From positions 1 to 28,206 of the forward strand of contig CAZVOT010000001.1 of assembly GCA_964628775.1 (NCBI GenBank): a DNA stretch of 28,206 nucleotides, in the 5' to 3' direction. The stretch's first letter is position 1. Each line of letters starts with the position of its first letter. The stretch is from Candidatus Woesearchaeota archaeon. GTDB taxonomy: Archaea; Nanobdellota; Nanobdellia; CAZVOT01. Shown here one piece after another: positions 16,023 through 25,398 of this stretch. The position numbers and the translations under genes were made by a program. The notes under the pieces were generated by a model, which had not been told where the DNA came from, made no database searches, and saw only the letters and a list, made by a program, of their open reading frames with translations.

Positions 16023-16658
16023 GTGGGGGGAGGATATAGAATAAATGATTTTAATTTAATAGAACAGGCAGTTGCAGAGTCAGTTATACCTTATTTTAAA
16101 AATTTTTTAATGGAAAAAATAAAAATCCTTCAAGTGTTCAAACATTATGAAGATAAAAAAAATAATTTAATTTCAGTGATTGAAAATTTAAAGACAAATA
16201 AATCTTACATCTCTGCAAGGATAAATAATTATCTTCACGAGAATAATAAAAAAATTACTGAAATTGGAAATTTAGAAATTAAAGATATATCCTCAGATAT
16301 AATAACTGATGCAATTTTAATAAATAGACTTCCAAAAGCACTTGAAGAATATTTTACTTTGGAGGAGAATTCTCTTTCTCAGATAGGACTTTCTATTGAT
16401 GATTTGGATTATATACAGGATATTTTAGATAACCAGGATATATTAATTATTTCTAAAAAAGCAGAGGACTATAGAAGAACAACAGACAAAACTTTTTTTA
16501 ATTTAGATGTAAAGGATATTGAGAATATGTCTTTATCTGTGATAATCTATGCTCTTTCAGAGTATGTAGAAAACAAAAGCTCGAATGATATAATAACTAT
16601 AAAAAAACCAACAGCACAAGATTTCAAAAGACAAATAATGAATTCAATAAAAAAATAA
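16023..16658 (+). CDS. Hypothetical protein (start uncertain)
   Basis: Long open frame in AT-rich DNA, convergent on ppsA; no motif recognised. Confidence 0.55.
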   Translation: MGGGYRINDFNLIEQAVAESVIPYFKNFLMEKIKILQVFKHYEDKKNNLISVIENLKTNKSYISARINNYLHENNKKITEIGNLEIKDISSDIITDAILINRLPKALEEYFTLEENSLSQIGLSIDDLDYIQDILDNQDILIISKKAEDYRRTTDKTFFNLDVKDIENMSLSVIIYALSEYVENKSSNDIITIKKPTAQDFKRQIMNSIKK

Positions 16659-16661
16659 AAA

Positions 16662-19600
16662 TTAAGTTTTATTCAGTTCGTCAATTATTCTTTTTTTTTC
16701 TTCTTCATTCAAGTCTGTTTTTTCCAGAAGAATTTTTCTTTCAATTGAAGAAACAAGGACTCTTGTTTTATTTACAACATCAGGATTGACACTCATACTG
16801 TCTATGCCTTCTTTCACTAAAAATTCACAGAAATCCGGATAGACACTGGGAGCCTGCCCGCATATTGAAACCTTGACTCCATTTTCGTGTGCTCTTCTGA
16901 TTAAATTTACTATTGCTCTTTTTACTGCTTCATCTCTTTCATCAAAGTAGCCCATTTTTGCAAGAAGCGCTGAATCTCTGTCACATCCAAGAATTAACTG
17001 GGTCAAGTCATTGCTGCCAATTGAAAAACCGTCGCAGAGTTTTGAAAATTCATTTGCCATAAAGATAATGCTCGGCACTTCTGCCATAAGCCACAGTTCA
17101 AATGAATCCTCCCCTCTTTTTAGTCCTTCGCTTTCCAAGATTGAGATTATTCTTTTTACTTCCCATAAATTCCTGACAAATGGAAGCATTACCTTTACAT
17201 TTTTATGTCCGTAGATATCTCTTACTTTTTTTATTGCTCTGCATTCTAGTCTAAAAGAGGATTCAAATTCTGGAGAAATGTATCTTGAGCATCCTCTCCA
17301 GCCAATCATCGGGTTTTCTTCTTTTGGTTCAAATTTTTCTCCGCCTTTTAAACTTCTATATTCATTTGTCTTGAAATCAGATAATCTAACTACAACCAGC
17401 TTTCCGTCCATTGCTTTTGCTGTTTTTGCAATTCCTTCTGCTAATTTGTCTATATATTCACTGCCTCTTCCTTGTTCTAACATTGCATTTGGATGTTCTG
17501 CTATGTAAGATGCTATAATAAATTCTATTCTCATAAGTCCTATTCCGTCGCACCATAATTTGGAATATTCATCTGCTTTTTCTGGAACTCCTAGATTCAT
17601 GTATATTTTTGTTGATGTAATTGGTTTTGATGTTTCTCCATTTAGGAATTCTTCTTTTTTCTCTTGTTTTATTTCAATCTTTCCGCCGTAGACTATTCCT
17701 CTTACTGCATCAAGAGTTACTTCCTGATTATGTTTTATTACTTTTGTTGCAGTTGAGGTTCCCACTATGCATGGGATTCCAAGTTCTCTAGATACAATCG
17801 CTGCATGGCAGTTTGAAACAAGAACAGGAGAGTATTTTTTTGTAAATACAACATAGTTATGCTGTATTTCATTGTCTGCTTCAACTTCAATATTGTAAAC
17901 ATCAATAACTCCAAGTTCTTTTACTTTTTTTGTTCTGTACATTCTTAAATCAGAATTAATAACTTTTGAAAGTTCTTCCTTTGTTTTTCCATCAAGCATA
18001 GGAAGAATCTTCTGCTTTATTTTTTCAGAATCAATCAGTAGATTGCTGTTTACATAGGGTTTTACTTTTCCTTTGTAATTTACAGATTCAATTATATCTC
18101 TTAGAACCTGTTTTGCTGAAAATAATTTTGTTCCATTGATTTTTTTATGTGTTTCTCCTTTTATTCTTTTTGAATAAAATAGAATATCCTCTATCTTTTC
18201 CATTATCTGGATATGATGTATATTCCTATTTACAGTAACTTCCGGAACAATGCCTAATTTTAAGCAGGCAAGAACAACTCCTTGGATTACTTTTTCTTTC
18301 TGTATATAGATATGCAGTCTATTTTCATAAAATGAGCCGTCGCCGTCAATAAGTCCTGCAAGGAAATTTAATGCTGAGCTTTCTGATATTTCAAGCAGCC
18401 ATGAATCAAGATTCTCATAAATTTCCATAATTTTTTGTGCAGGAACAAGTTTAAAACAGACAAAATCTGTTGCACATCCACAGATTGTTTTTCCTCTTAA
18501 AGTAGATGAACTTGATTTATCTCTTTCAAAAGTCATTTCTTCACTGAATAAATCGCTGTAATATTCTTTTACTATTTTGATAAACTCTGCTTTTTGTATA
18601 TCCTGTTTTTGAGTAAAAGTTACTCTTCCTATTCTGGCATTTCCTGATTTATATTTATCTACCCTTATGTTCCCATCAGATAAAAGAGCACCCATTAGAT
18701 ATCCTAATTTATCATTTTTAATGCTTGCTAAATTTATTGGAAGTTTTTCAACAATACAGAGATGTTCATTATCTTCAAGAATACTTTTTATTTCTTTTTT
18801 TATCAATTCTCTTCCTTTGAATGTAAATACTTTGTGATTCTCTGTTATATCTAAAGTATTATGTTCTATTCTATTTGATTGAGAAGTAGATATACTAATT
18901 GCACTGCTTTTTCTTTTAAATGAATTTATGATTCTTTTCCAGACAGGTTTTAAATTTTTAGAATCAAATGAGAAGATAAATAACTCCTCATTAGAATTTA
19001 TTTTTTCATAAACTTCGCTTATTTTTAAAAATCCTTTGTTTGTCAGGATATTTGTATGTTCTCCAAAACAAGTCATTCCACCTTCATCAGTTATTATTCC
19101 TGATGCTTTTAGCATTATTGGAACCCAGTCAGGGTCAGTCATTCTTGTAACTAAAATATCCCCTTTTTCTATTTTATCAGCTTGTTCAGGAGATAAAATC
19201 AATGATGCTTTTCCTGATGCAATTCCTGGACTTGCTCCAAGTCCTTTTATTATAATATTGCCTTCAGGTTCTTTTCTTTCCTCTGTTTCTTCTTTTCCAA
19301 AGAAAGTAATAGGTCTTGACTGGACAATATATAGATGTCCTTCTTCAATGCACCATTCAATATCCTGCGGAACTTTGTAATAATTTTCTATTTTTTTTAC
19401 TATTTTTGCAAGTTCTATTATCTGGGAATCATCAAGAACCTGGGTTTTCTTTTTGTTTTCAGGAAGTTCTACTTTTATCATACCCATATCATCAGGATTT
19501 CTTATATACTTCCACTGCTGTTCGCCGATGCTTTTATTTTTTATTTCAAATGTTTCTTTATTAACAATATAATTGTTTGGAGTTATTTCTCCTCCTACAA

Positions 19601-20327
19601 CTGCATCACCCTGCCCCCAGCCAGCTTCAATTATTATTTCGTTTTTATTTCCTGTTGAAGGATGAATTGAAAATGCTGTTCCAGCTTTTTCAGAGTCAAT
19701 CTGTTTCTGGACAATTGCACATAAAAGAACTTTTTCATGTTCAAATCCGTTTTTTTCCCTGTAGAATATTGCTCTTGCAGTATAAAGTGAAGCCCAGCAT
19801 TCTTTTATTGCTCTGATTAATTGTTCTTCTCCTTTTACAAATAATATTGTTGCCTGCTGTCCTGCAAAACTAGCATTAGGCAAATCTTCTGCTGTTGCTG
19901 AAGAACGTACTACCACATAAGGAATGTCTCTTCCTGCTGAAATTAATTTCATTGCATTATCGCTTAGATTTTCGTATCTCTCACTTCCAGCTTTCATTTT
20001 TTTGTATGCTTCCAATATTTTTGATAAAATATGTTCTGGAATACTTTTTGACATTACTATTTCTCTGATTTTTTCTGATGCCAACTGGATTGCTTTTGTG
20101 TCATCAACATCAATTGATTTTAATATTGAGAAAATGCTTTCTTTAATTCCTGTTTCTTCCATAAACTCCTTGAAAATGTAAGCATTTATTGCAAATCCCA
20201 TGGGTACAGGAAAACCTGCTTTTGTCATTTCACCTAAGTTTGCAGCTTTTCCGCCGACAATTGGAATATCCTCTTTTCCAATTTCCTTAAACCATAAGAT
20301 AGATTTTTCTTTTTTGTCAATTTCCAT
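16662..20327 (-). CDS. ppsA: Phosphoenolpyruvate synthase (PEP synthetase), intein-containing; about 801 aa after splicing
   Basis: VGGKAANLGEM, VRSSATAEDLPNASFAGQ, DIEW, VQSRPIT, GGMT-CHAAIVSRELG (phospho-His), GLMRIEF, PMIGWRG, SIGSNDLTQ, ICGQAPS. Confidence 0.95.
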   Translation of the reverse strand: MEIDKKEKSILWFKEIGKEDIPIVGGKAANLGEMTKAGFPVPMGFAINAYIFKEFMEETGIKESIFSILKSIDVDDTKAIQLASEKIREIVMSKSIPEHILSKILEAYKKMKAGSERYENLSDNAMKLISAGRDIPYVVVRSSATAEDLPNASFAGQQATILFVKGEEQLIRAIKECWASLYTARAIFYREKNGFEHEKVLLCAIVQKQIDSEKAGTAFSIHPSTGNKNEIIIEAGWGQGDAVVGGEITPNNYIVNKETFEIKNKSIGEQQWKYIRNPDDMGMIKVELPENKKKTQVLDDSQIIELAKIVKKIENYYKVPQDIEWCIEEGHLYIVQSRPITFFGKEETEERKEPEGNIIIKGLGASPGIASGKASLILSPEQADKIEKGDILVTRMTDPDWVPIMLKASGIITDEGGMTCFGEHTNILTNKGFLKISEVYEKINSNEELFIFSFDSKNLKPVWKRIINSFKRKSSAISISTSQSNRIEHNTLDITENHKVFTFKGRELIKKEIKSILEDNEHLCIVEKLPINLASIKNDKLGYLMGALLSDGNIRVDKYKSGNARIGRVTFTQKQDIQKAEFIKIVKEYYSDLFSEEMTFERDKSSSSTLRGKTICGCATDFVCFKLVPAQKIMEIYENLDSWLLEISESSALNFLAGLIDGDGSFYENRLHIYIQKEKVIQGVVLACLKLGIVPEVTVNRNIHHIQIMEKIEDILFYSKRIKGETHKKINGTKLFSAKQVLRDIIESVNYKGKVKPYVNSNLLIDSEKIKQKILPMLDGKTKEELSKVINSDLRMYRTKKVKELGVIDVYNIEVEADNEIQHNYVVFTKKYSPVLVSNCHAAIVSRELGIPCIVGTSTATKVIKHNQEVTLDAVRGIVYGGKIEIKQEKKEEFLNGETSKPITSTKIYMNLGVPEKADEYSKLWCDGIGLMRIEFIIASYIAEHPNAMLEQGRGSEYIDKLAEGIAKTAKAMDGKLVVVRLSDFKTNEYRSLKGGEKFEPKEENPMIGWRGCSRYISPEFESSFRLECRAIKKVRDIYGHKNVKVMLPFVRNLWEVKRIISILESEGLKRGEDSFELWLMAEVPSIIFMANEFSKLCDGFSIGSNDLTQLILGCDRDSALLAKMGYFDERDEAVKRAIVNLIRRAHENGVKVSICGQAPSVYPDFCEFLVKEGIDSMSVNPDVVNKTRVLVSSIERKILLEKTDLNEEEKKRIIDELNKT
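17811..19070 (-). mobile_element. Intein with LAGLIDADG homing endonuclease (420 aa, residues 420-839 of PpsA)
   Basis: Interrupts GGMT|CHAA. Starts Cys (CFGEHT), block B TENHKV, LAGLIDADG-type blocks YLMGALLSDG and FLAGLIDGDG, block F VYNIEV..HNYV, ends Ser-Asn before Cys+1. Confidence 0.93.
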
Positions 20328-20420
20328 TTTGAAAATTAATTATCCTTCCTTTTAAAATTTTTATGAATTGGAATACTCTCTTTCATATTTGAAAACTTTA
20401 ATAAAATTTAAAAGAAAAAT

Positions 20421-20951
20421 TTACTGTTTTGGATTGTTTATTACTTTAATATGTCCTGTTATTGGCAGTTTTCCTGTTGCTCTTTTCATTGCTGTTTTAG
20501 CAAAGGGAATATTTGATTTATCGCAGTAAATTGAGATTACTTTTGTTCCTGTTTTTACTCTTGCTGCTCTTCCGTAAGGTTTTCCAAAAGCGTGAGTCAT
20601 ACCTTTTTGGAATCTGTCTGCACCCGCTCCTGCTGCAATTGGGTTTTCTCTCATTATGTGGTGTGGAAATGGATGAATAACTAACCTGAAATTATTTTTT
20701 CCTGCTTTTAATTCTATAAACCTAACTGAAGCTATACGAGCTGATTCAAGGCAGTTATGTCTTAGATTAATGTCTTTTTCAGAGATTAATACAACTTGAG
20801 AATCAAATTTCTTGCTTTTTTCTCCAAGAACAAATCTTACAATCTTGCTTCCCGGTATACCTACAATAAAAGCCTTGCTTTTTCTTTTTGAAGTTCTTGT
20901 ATAAGGTATTTTTAAATGCCTGTAACAAGTTCCGTTTCTTAACTTGGACAT
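20421..20951 (-). CDS. rpl10e: 50S ribosomal protein L10e/uL16
   Basis: CYR...PYTR, IRHN-like LRHNCLESAR, PFPHHIMREN, GADRFQKGM..AFGKP.GRAARV. Confidence 0.95.
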   Translation of the reverse strand: MSKLRNGTCYRHLKIPYTRTSKRKSKAFIVGIPGSKIVRFVLGEKSKKFDSQVVLISEKDINLRHNCLESARIASVRFIELKAGKNNFRLVIHPFPHHIMRENPIAAGAGADRFQKGMTHAFGKPYGRAARVKTGTKVISIYCDKSNIPFAKTAMKRATGKLPITGHIKVINNPKQ

Positions 20952-21067
20952 ATTGTTTTTAGAAAATGGAATGAATTTTTAAATATTTCTAAACAGATAT
21001 TCTCCATTTTTTCTTTAAATAATACAAAAACATAATGTTTTTTTATTTGATTATACATAGAAAAAAG

Positions 21068-21775
21068 GTGAAAGCCCTTATATTTTCAAATCTTAATGGG
21101 AATATAGATGTTTTGAAATTAATGCAGAAGGAGAAGGATTTTGATGCTGTTTTCTTTTTAGGCGGACTTATTGCAGGAGGGATTTTTCCTAAAATAACAG
21201 AGGGTATGAAAGAAATAGAAATTAGAAAGATTATTTATGATTCAATGAAACAAAAAACAGAAGACAACACTCTGCAGTTTAAAATGATTTTAAAAGAACT
21301 TGATAAATTCAAAAAAAAAGTTTATTTTATCCCGGGAATTTTTGAACCCAAAAACTGGAAGTCAATGATAAGAAAATGTGATAATATTGAAATATTCCAC
21401 AAAAAAAGACTTTTGTTTTCTGATTCTAATATACTGGGGTTGGGAGGATTTGTCCTTCCAATTGAAGAAGAACTTTTAAAAAAATGTCCGTTTTTCTCGC
21501 ATGATTCTGAAAGTGTTAAAATGTTTTTTTCCGAACATATATCCAGGGAGCTTGTTGTTCTAACCTATGATTCTCTTTCTTTTTGGATTAAAGATATAAT
21601 AAATAAAATTGAACCCTGTGTTTGGATTTCCGGTTCAGACAAAAAAACAAATTTTGAAAAAAGGAACATGATAAAGATTGCGGATGCTGAACTTGGCAAC
21701 TATGCTCTTTTTAATTTTAAAACAAAAAAAGTTGAATTCAAAAATGTATTCCAAAGAACTCTTGGCAAGAGCTGA
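21068..21775 (+). CDS. Calcineurin-like metallophosphoesterase fold, degenerate metal ligands
   Basis: LIFSNLNGN (cf. SDxHGN), FLGGL (cf. GDL), FIPGIFE (cf. GNHD), GLGG. Probable GTG start at 21068. Confidence 0.55.
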   Translation: MKALIFSNLNGNIDVLKLMQKEKDFDAVFFLGGLIAGGIFPKITEGMKEIEIRKIIYDSMKQKTEDNTLQFKMILKELDKFKKKVYFIPGIFEPKNWKSMIRKCDNIEIFHKKRLLFSDSNILGLGGFVLPIEEELLKKCPFFSHDSESVKMFFSEHISRELVVLTYDSLSFWIKDIINKIEPCVWISGSDKKTNFEKRNMIKIADAELGNYALFNFKTKKVEFKNVFQRTLGKS

Positions 21776-22394
21776 AGAAAATAAAGTATCTAATGAAAGG
21801 TTAGAGAGGATACTCTCAGTTCTTTTTAAAAAATACAAGAAGATAGAATACTTAGACAGAGGAAGGCACGCAGTTGTACTTATTGCTGACAGAAAATATG
21901 CTGTTAAAATTGAGAAAGAGATACCTGCTGCAAAAGACTCAGTTAAAAATGAAGCAGAAATGCTTAAACTTGCCAACAAAAATAAGCTTGGCCCTAAATT
22001 TACGTTTTATAATCAAGAACTTAGATTTGTTGTGTATAAATTCGTAAAAGGAATTTTTATGAAGGATTACTCTCTTGACAGGAAAACAGTTCTAGATTTG
22101 TTAGAGAAAGCCAGGATTCTTGACAAGATGTATATGAATAAGGAAGAAATGCACCGCCCGTATAAGAATATAATTGTAAAGAAAAAAGGAAAAGTCCAGC
22201 TGATTGATTTTGAGAGAATGAAGCGGACAGCAAAACCAAAAAATGTTTCACAGCTTGCTGGATTCTTTAAAATGAAAGGAATTTTTGATGATAAAATAAT
22301 GAAACTTGTAAAAGAATACAAAAAAGAAATAGACGAGAAAAAAAAAGATAAAATCTTTTTTGAAATTGAAAATCTTCTTTTGAAGTGCAGGTAA
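21744..22394 (+). CDS. Atypical Ser/Thr protein kinase (RIO/Bud32-like fold)
   Basis: LDRGRHAVV, YAVKIE, NEAEML, GPK, EEMHRP.KNII, LIDFE. Probable start ATG 21744. Confidence 0.75.
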   Translation: MYSKELLARAEENKVSNERLERILSVLFKKYKKIEYLDRGRHAVVLIADRKYAVKIEKEIPAAKDSVKNEAEMLKLANKNKLGPKFTFYNQELRFVVYKFVKGIFMKDYSLDRKTVLDLLEKARILDKMYMNKEEMHRPYKNIIVKKKGKVQLIDFERMKRTAKPKNVSQLAGFFKMKGIFDDKIMKLVKEYKKEIDEKKKDKIFFEIENLLLKCR

Positions 22395-22499
22395 TTTTTA
22401 ATTTCTATTTTAAATATTGATTCAAAGAAAATAGATTTTGTATTTTCCAAGTAATATCTAACCTTTATACATCAACCAAAAAAAATGTTTCTAATGCAA

Positions 22500-22775
22500 T
22501 TAAACAATATCCTCTTCAGAAACAACTACAAAATCACCGATTGCTATTACTGAACTAAATGGAATCTTTATCCCATTCCTATCTTTTTCTACATCCATTG
22601 TGCTTAATGTTTCTGTGGGATTTTTAAGTATTATATTAATTAATTCTCCTGTTCTTGTTTCAAAAACAATGTCTCCAACTTTGCCAAATATCTTACCTGT
22701 TTTTGAAATTATTGTCTTATTTAGAAGTTCCCTTGAATATTTTCTCTTATCCTTTTCAGCTGCCTTTTCTACCAT
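22500..22775 (-). CDS. PRC-barrel domain protein (CdpB-like)
   Basis: LLNKTIISKTG..FGKVGDIVFE..TGEL...IPFSSVIAIGDFVVV. Confidence 0.85.
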   Translation of the reverse strand: MVEKAAEKDKRKYSRELLNKTIISKTGKIFGKVGDIVFETRTGELINIILKNPTETLSTMDVEKDRNGIKIPFSSVIAIGDFVVVSEEDIV

Positions 22776-22780
22776 ACTTT

Positions 22781-23470
22781 TTATGTATATTTTTGGCTAA
22801 ATATAAATATTGCGATTACCAAAGGAGTGATAACAAAAAAGGATATAAGCAGATTTGCGAATCTAAGAAGGAATAAAAGGGTAGTAGTTGAGGAAATTAC
22901 CATTAACCAGATAGTCCAATCATAAGAAAGTATGTGCGAGCCGTCAAGAGGAGGCAGAGGAATTAGACTGAAGAAAGCAATTGTTAAGTTTATTATGACC
23001 ATATCCAGCACTATTTCAGGATTTAACAAACCCTCAAACATTTTGAATAAAACTGCAAGTCCTATGTTGAATAACGGACCTGTAAGAGCAATTCTGCCTT
23101 TTTCATTGAAGCTCAAGTCAACATATTTTTTTCCAAGACGGCTGAAATATGAGGAGGACATTGCTGAAAATCCAGAAAGAGCGAATAAAATTTTTCCATT
23201 GAAAAGCAAAGTTGCAAAAAGCGAGAAAGCAAGTCCTTGAGGCCAGATTATGTATTTATGCCTGCATTCATATTTATCTGCAGTATACTTATGTCCAATC
23301 ATTTTTATTAAAAATGAAAAACCTACAAGGAGTATTGTTAAAAAAAAGTTGGAAATACCTGCTTCTATTGAATCCCACTTGTTGAATGAGAATATAAATC
23401 CAAGAACAAAAACTGAAAGAAGGATGTCTCTTATTTCGCTTGGTTCCATTTCCAGAAATTTAAAGTCCAT
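22781..23470 (-). CDS. Site-2 protease (M50)-like membrane protein lacking HExxH
   Basis: IALTGPLFN and SLIPLPPLDG are present, but the zinc motif reads KMIGH. Confidence 0.7.
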   Translation of the reverse strand: MDFKFLEMEPSEIRDILLSVFVLGFIFSFNKWDSIEAGISNFFLTILLVGFSFLIKMIGHKYTADKYECRHKYIIWPQGLAFSLFATLLFNGKILFALSGFSAMSSSYFSRLGKKYVDLSFNEKGRIALTGPLFNIGLAVLFKMFEGLLNPEIVLDMVIINLTIAFFSLIPLPPLDGSHILSYDWTIWLMVISSTTTLLFLLRFANLLISFFVITPLVIAIFIFSQKYT

Positions 23471-23514
23471 AATTTATATAAAAAAGAAGGGCATAAAAAG
23501 GTTTTTCTCCTGTT

Positions 23515-24267
23515 TTAAAGTTCTTTTACCCAGTTAACATAGTAAATTTCAGGGGTTGTATACCTTGTTGTGAATTTTCCGCAGATTTCCACCGTTTTAT
23601 TCTCTTTTAATCCTACAAAATCTTCTTTTCTTTTCCAGACAGTTATTTTTTCATTATTACAGAGTTCAAAGATTTCATATTCAGTTCCTGAACTTGATTT
23701 ATAGGTTTTTATCCCAGAACAGATTGTTCCATTTGTTAGAACCTGCTTTTCATTGTATTTTTCTTTTAAACTTAACATTTCTTCTATTGATGTTATACTG
23801 CAATTACTGCATGAATTTGTTTTATTTGAAAAAAACATAAGTAAAACAAAAGCAGAAGCAACTGCAATAACTAATTTTTTCCGGCTTAAATTAATTTTTG
23901 TCTTGTTTAGCAGAAAAACAGAACTTACTGTAAAAACAAAGATTCCTGAGATTTCTGAATTTACTGGAATGTAGAAATTATCCTGTGAGAGAGGGTAGAG
24001 AAATAGAACTCCTGTATTTGAAAACATATCCAAAATCAAGTGAGAAGTAAAGCCGATAAAAAAAGAAGGAAAATATTCTTTCTTTTTTATAAAAATCAAT
24101 ATTGACAGGAGAATCAGGAAAAATACTGAATGGAAAACAACTCTGTGGGGGAGGTTAAATAAAAATTCTGCATCAGGCAGCATTGAAGAGATTAATGTTA
24201 CATATGGATTTAATGATAGTAACATTGAAAGCATTCCTGCAAAAATAACATGGACTATTCCTATCAC
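23515..24267 (-). CDS. YdjM-like membrane metal-dependent hydrolase fused to a C-terminal OB-fold-like domain
   Basis: H.IFAG, LPDAE, HRVVFHS, SHLILD, then a TM helix and a beta-rich tail. Probable GTG start at 24267 (ORF track starts at 24330). Confidence 0.65.
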   Translation of the reverse strand: MIGIVHVIFAGMLSMLLSLNPYVTLISSMLPDAEFLFNLPHRVVFHSVFFLILLSILIFIKKKEYFPSFFIGFTSHLILDMFSNTGVLFLYPLSQDNFYIPVNSEISGIFVFTVSSVFLLNKTKINLSRKKLVIAVASAFVLLMFFSNKTNSCSNCSITSIEEMLSLKEKYNEKQVLTNGTICSGIKTYKSSSGTEYEIFELCNNEKITVWKRKEDFVGLKENKTVEICGKFTTRYTTPEIYYVNWVKEL

Positions 24268-24352
24268 CTTCTTTTTTAAAATAATAAAAAATTTAAACTC
24301 ATTGAAAATTGCTGATTTTTTAAATTCCAAAAAATAATTTGGCAGTAATTTT

Positions 24353-24895
24353 TCAACTAAAAAGAGAAGTCAATGCCTGAAAGCCGTCTGTTCCTGGCAG
24401 AGGAAGAAGATTGAAAATCATCAGCCATAAATTTACCTGTTTTGTTATGAATAATGCCTCAAATAAGTCTGATTCAATGTCTTTTTTATACTTTAAATAC
24501 AAAGAACTTCCAATAAACATTAAAAAATTTACAAGAGGGCCTGCAATTGAAATTAAGAAATGATTTATTTTTGAATAATTGCTAAACTGTATTGAAACAT
24601 ACGCAGGGATAAAAATTATAGGGAAACCTATTGTTTTTGCCATTATACCCAAAAAAAGCCCGAAATAATTTGCATGATAAACTGCGATATTTCCTGTTGC
24701 AATAGCAGCAACTTTATGTCCGATTTCGTGGAATATGACTGCAGGACTTACAATCATTGCTGACTTCAAAAATCTCTTTTTTACATCCTCTATTCCAAAA
24801 TAATAATTTTTTCCAACAATTATACCCATTGCCAAGTATCCTATTGCAAGAACAGTAATTATCATTTCAATTATTTCGGTTATTGAAAAAATCAT
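24353..24895 (-). CDS. Site-2 protease (M50) family intramembrane metalloprotease, intact motifs
   Basis: HEIGH, SIAGPLVN, NLLPLPGTDG. Confidence 0.85.
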   Translation of the reverse strand: MIFSITEIIEMIITVLAIGYLAMGIIVGKNYYFGIEDVKKRFLKSAMIVSPAVIFHEIGHKVAAIATGNIAVYHANYFGLFLGIMAKTIGFPIIFIPAYVSIQFSNYSKINHFLISIAGPLVNFLMFIGSSLYLKYKKDIESDLFEALFITKQVNLWLMIFNLLPLPGTDGFQALTSLFS

Positions 24896-24936
24896 TGAGT
24901 AGAATAATTTTTATTCGCTTTTATTCTTTTTTATTT

Positions 24937-25398
24937 ATGGTTTATGTAATGGATTCAAGTGCAGTTATGCTTTCAAACTCCCTTAATTTTGAAAATATGA
25001 TAACAACGGAACTTATCAGGAAAGAAATAAAGGATTTCCGCTCAAAGATGCTTTTTGAATCCGGAAAAATAAAAATATTCTCACCTTGTCCAGAATCAAT
25101 TCTTTATGTAAAGGAAAAAGCAAAGGAGACAGGAGATATTGACAGATTGTCAGAAGCAGATATTTCAATCTTGGCTCTTGCTTATGAAAAAAAAGGTATT
25201 CTAGTTACAGAGGATTACGCTGTTCAGAATACTGCAAAAAAAATGAGGATAACTGTGAAGAGTGTTTTTTTTGAAGGCATAAAAAAAGAAAGAGAGTACT
25301 TGAAATACTGTCCTGTATGCAAAAAAGGATACTCTATTGATTCTGATGAATGCGATATCTGCGGTTTTGAGCTTATCAGGAAATGGAAGCAGAAGTAA
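24937..25398 (+). CDS. nob1: Nob1-like rRNA maturation endonuclease (PIN + Zn ribbon)
   Basis: VMDSSA, TGDIDRLSEADISILALA, VTEDYAVQN, CPVC...CDICG. Start ATG 24937. Confidence 0.88.
   Translation: MVYVMDSSAVMLSNSLNFENMITTELIRKEIKDFRSKMLFESGKIKIFSPCPESILYVKEKAKETGDIDRLSEADISILALAYEKKGILVTEDYAVQNTAKKMRITVKSVFFEGIKKEREYLKYCPVCKKGYSIDSDECDICGFELIRKWKQK

Noticed and set aside
6820-16580. Shared SV[LI]IYALS[KE] peptide in ORFs 6688-7260 and 16023-16658
   Set aside because: Only about 9 residues match with no extendable alignment by eye; probably chance in helical AT-rich proteins. A profile comparison would settle it.
21744-22394. Calling the kinase Bud32, Rio1 or Rio2
   Set aside because: It lacks HxDL and the Rio2 winged helix; only fold-level assignment is supportable.
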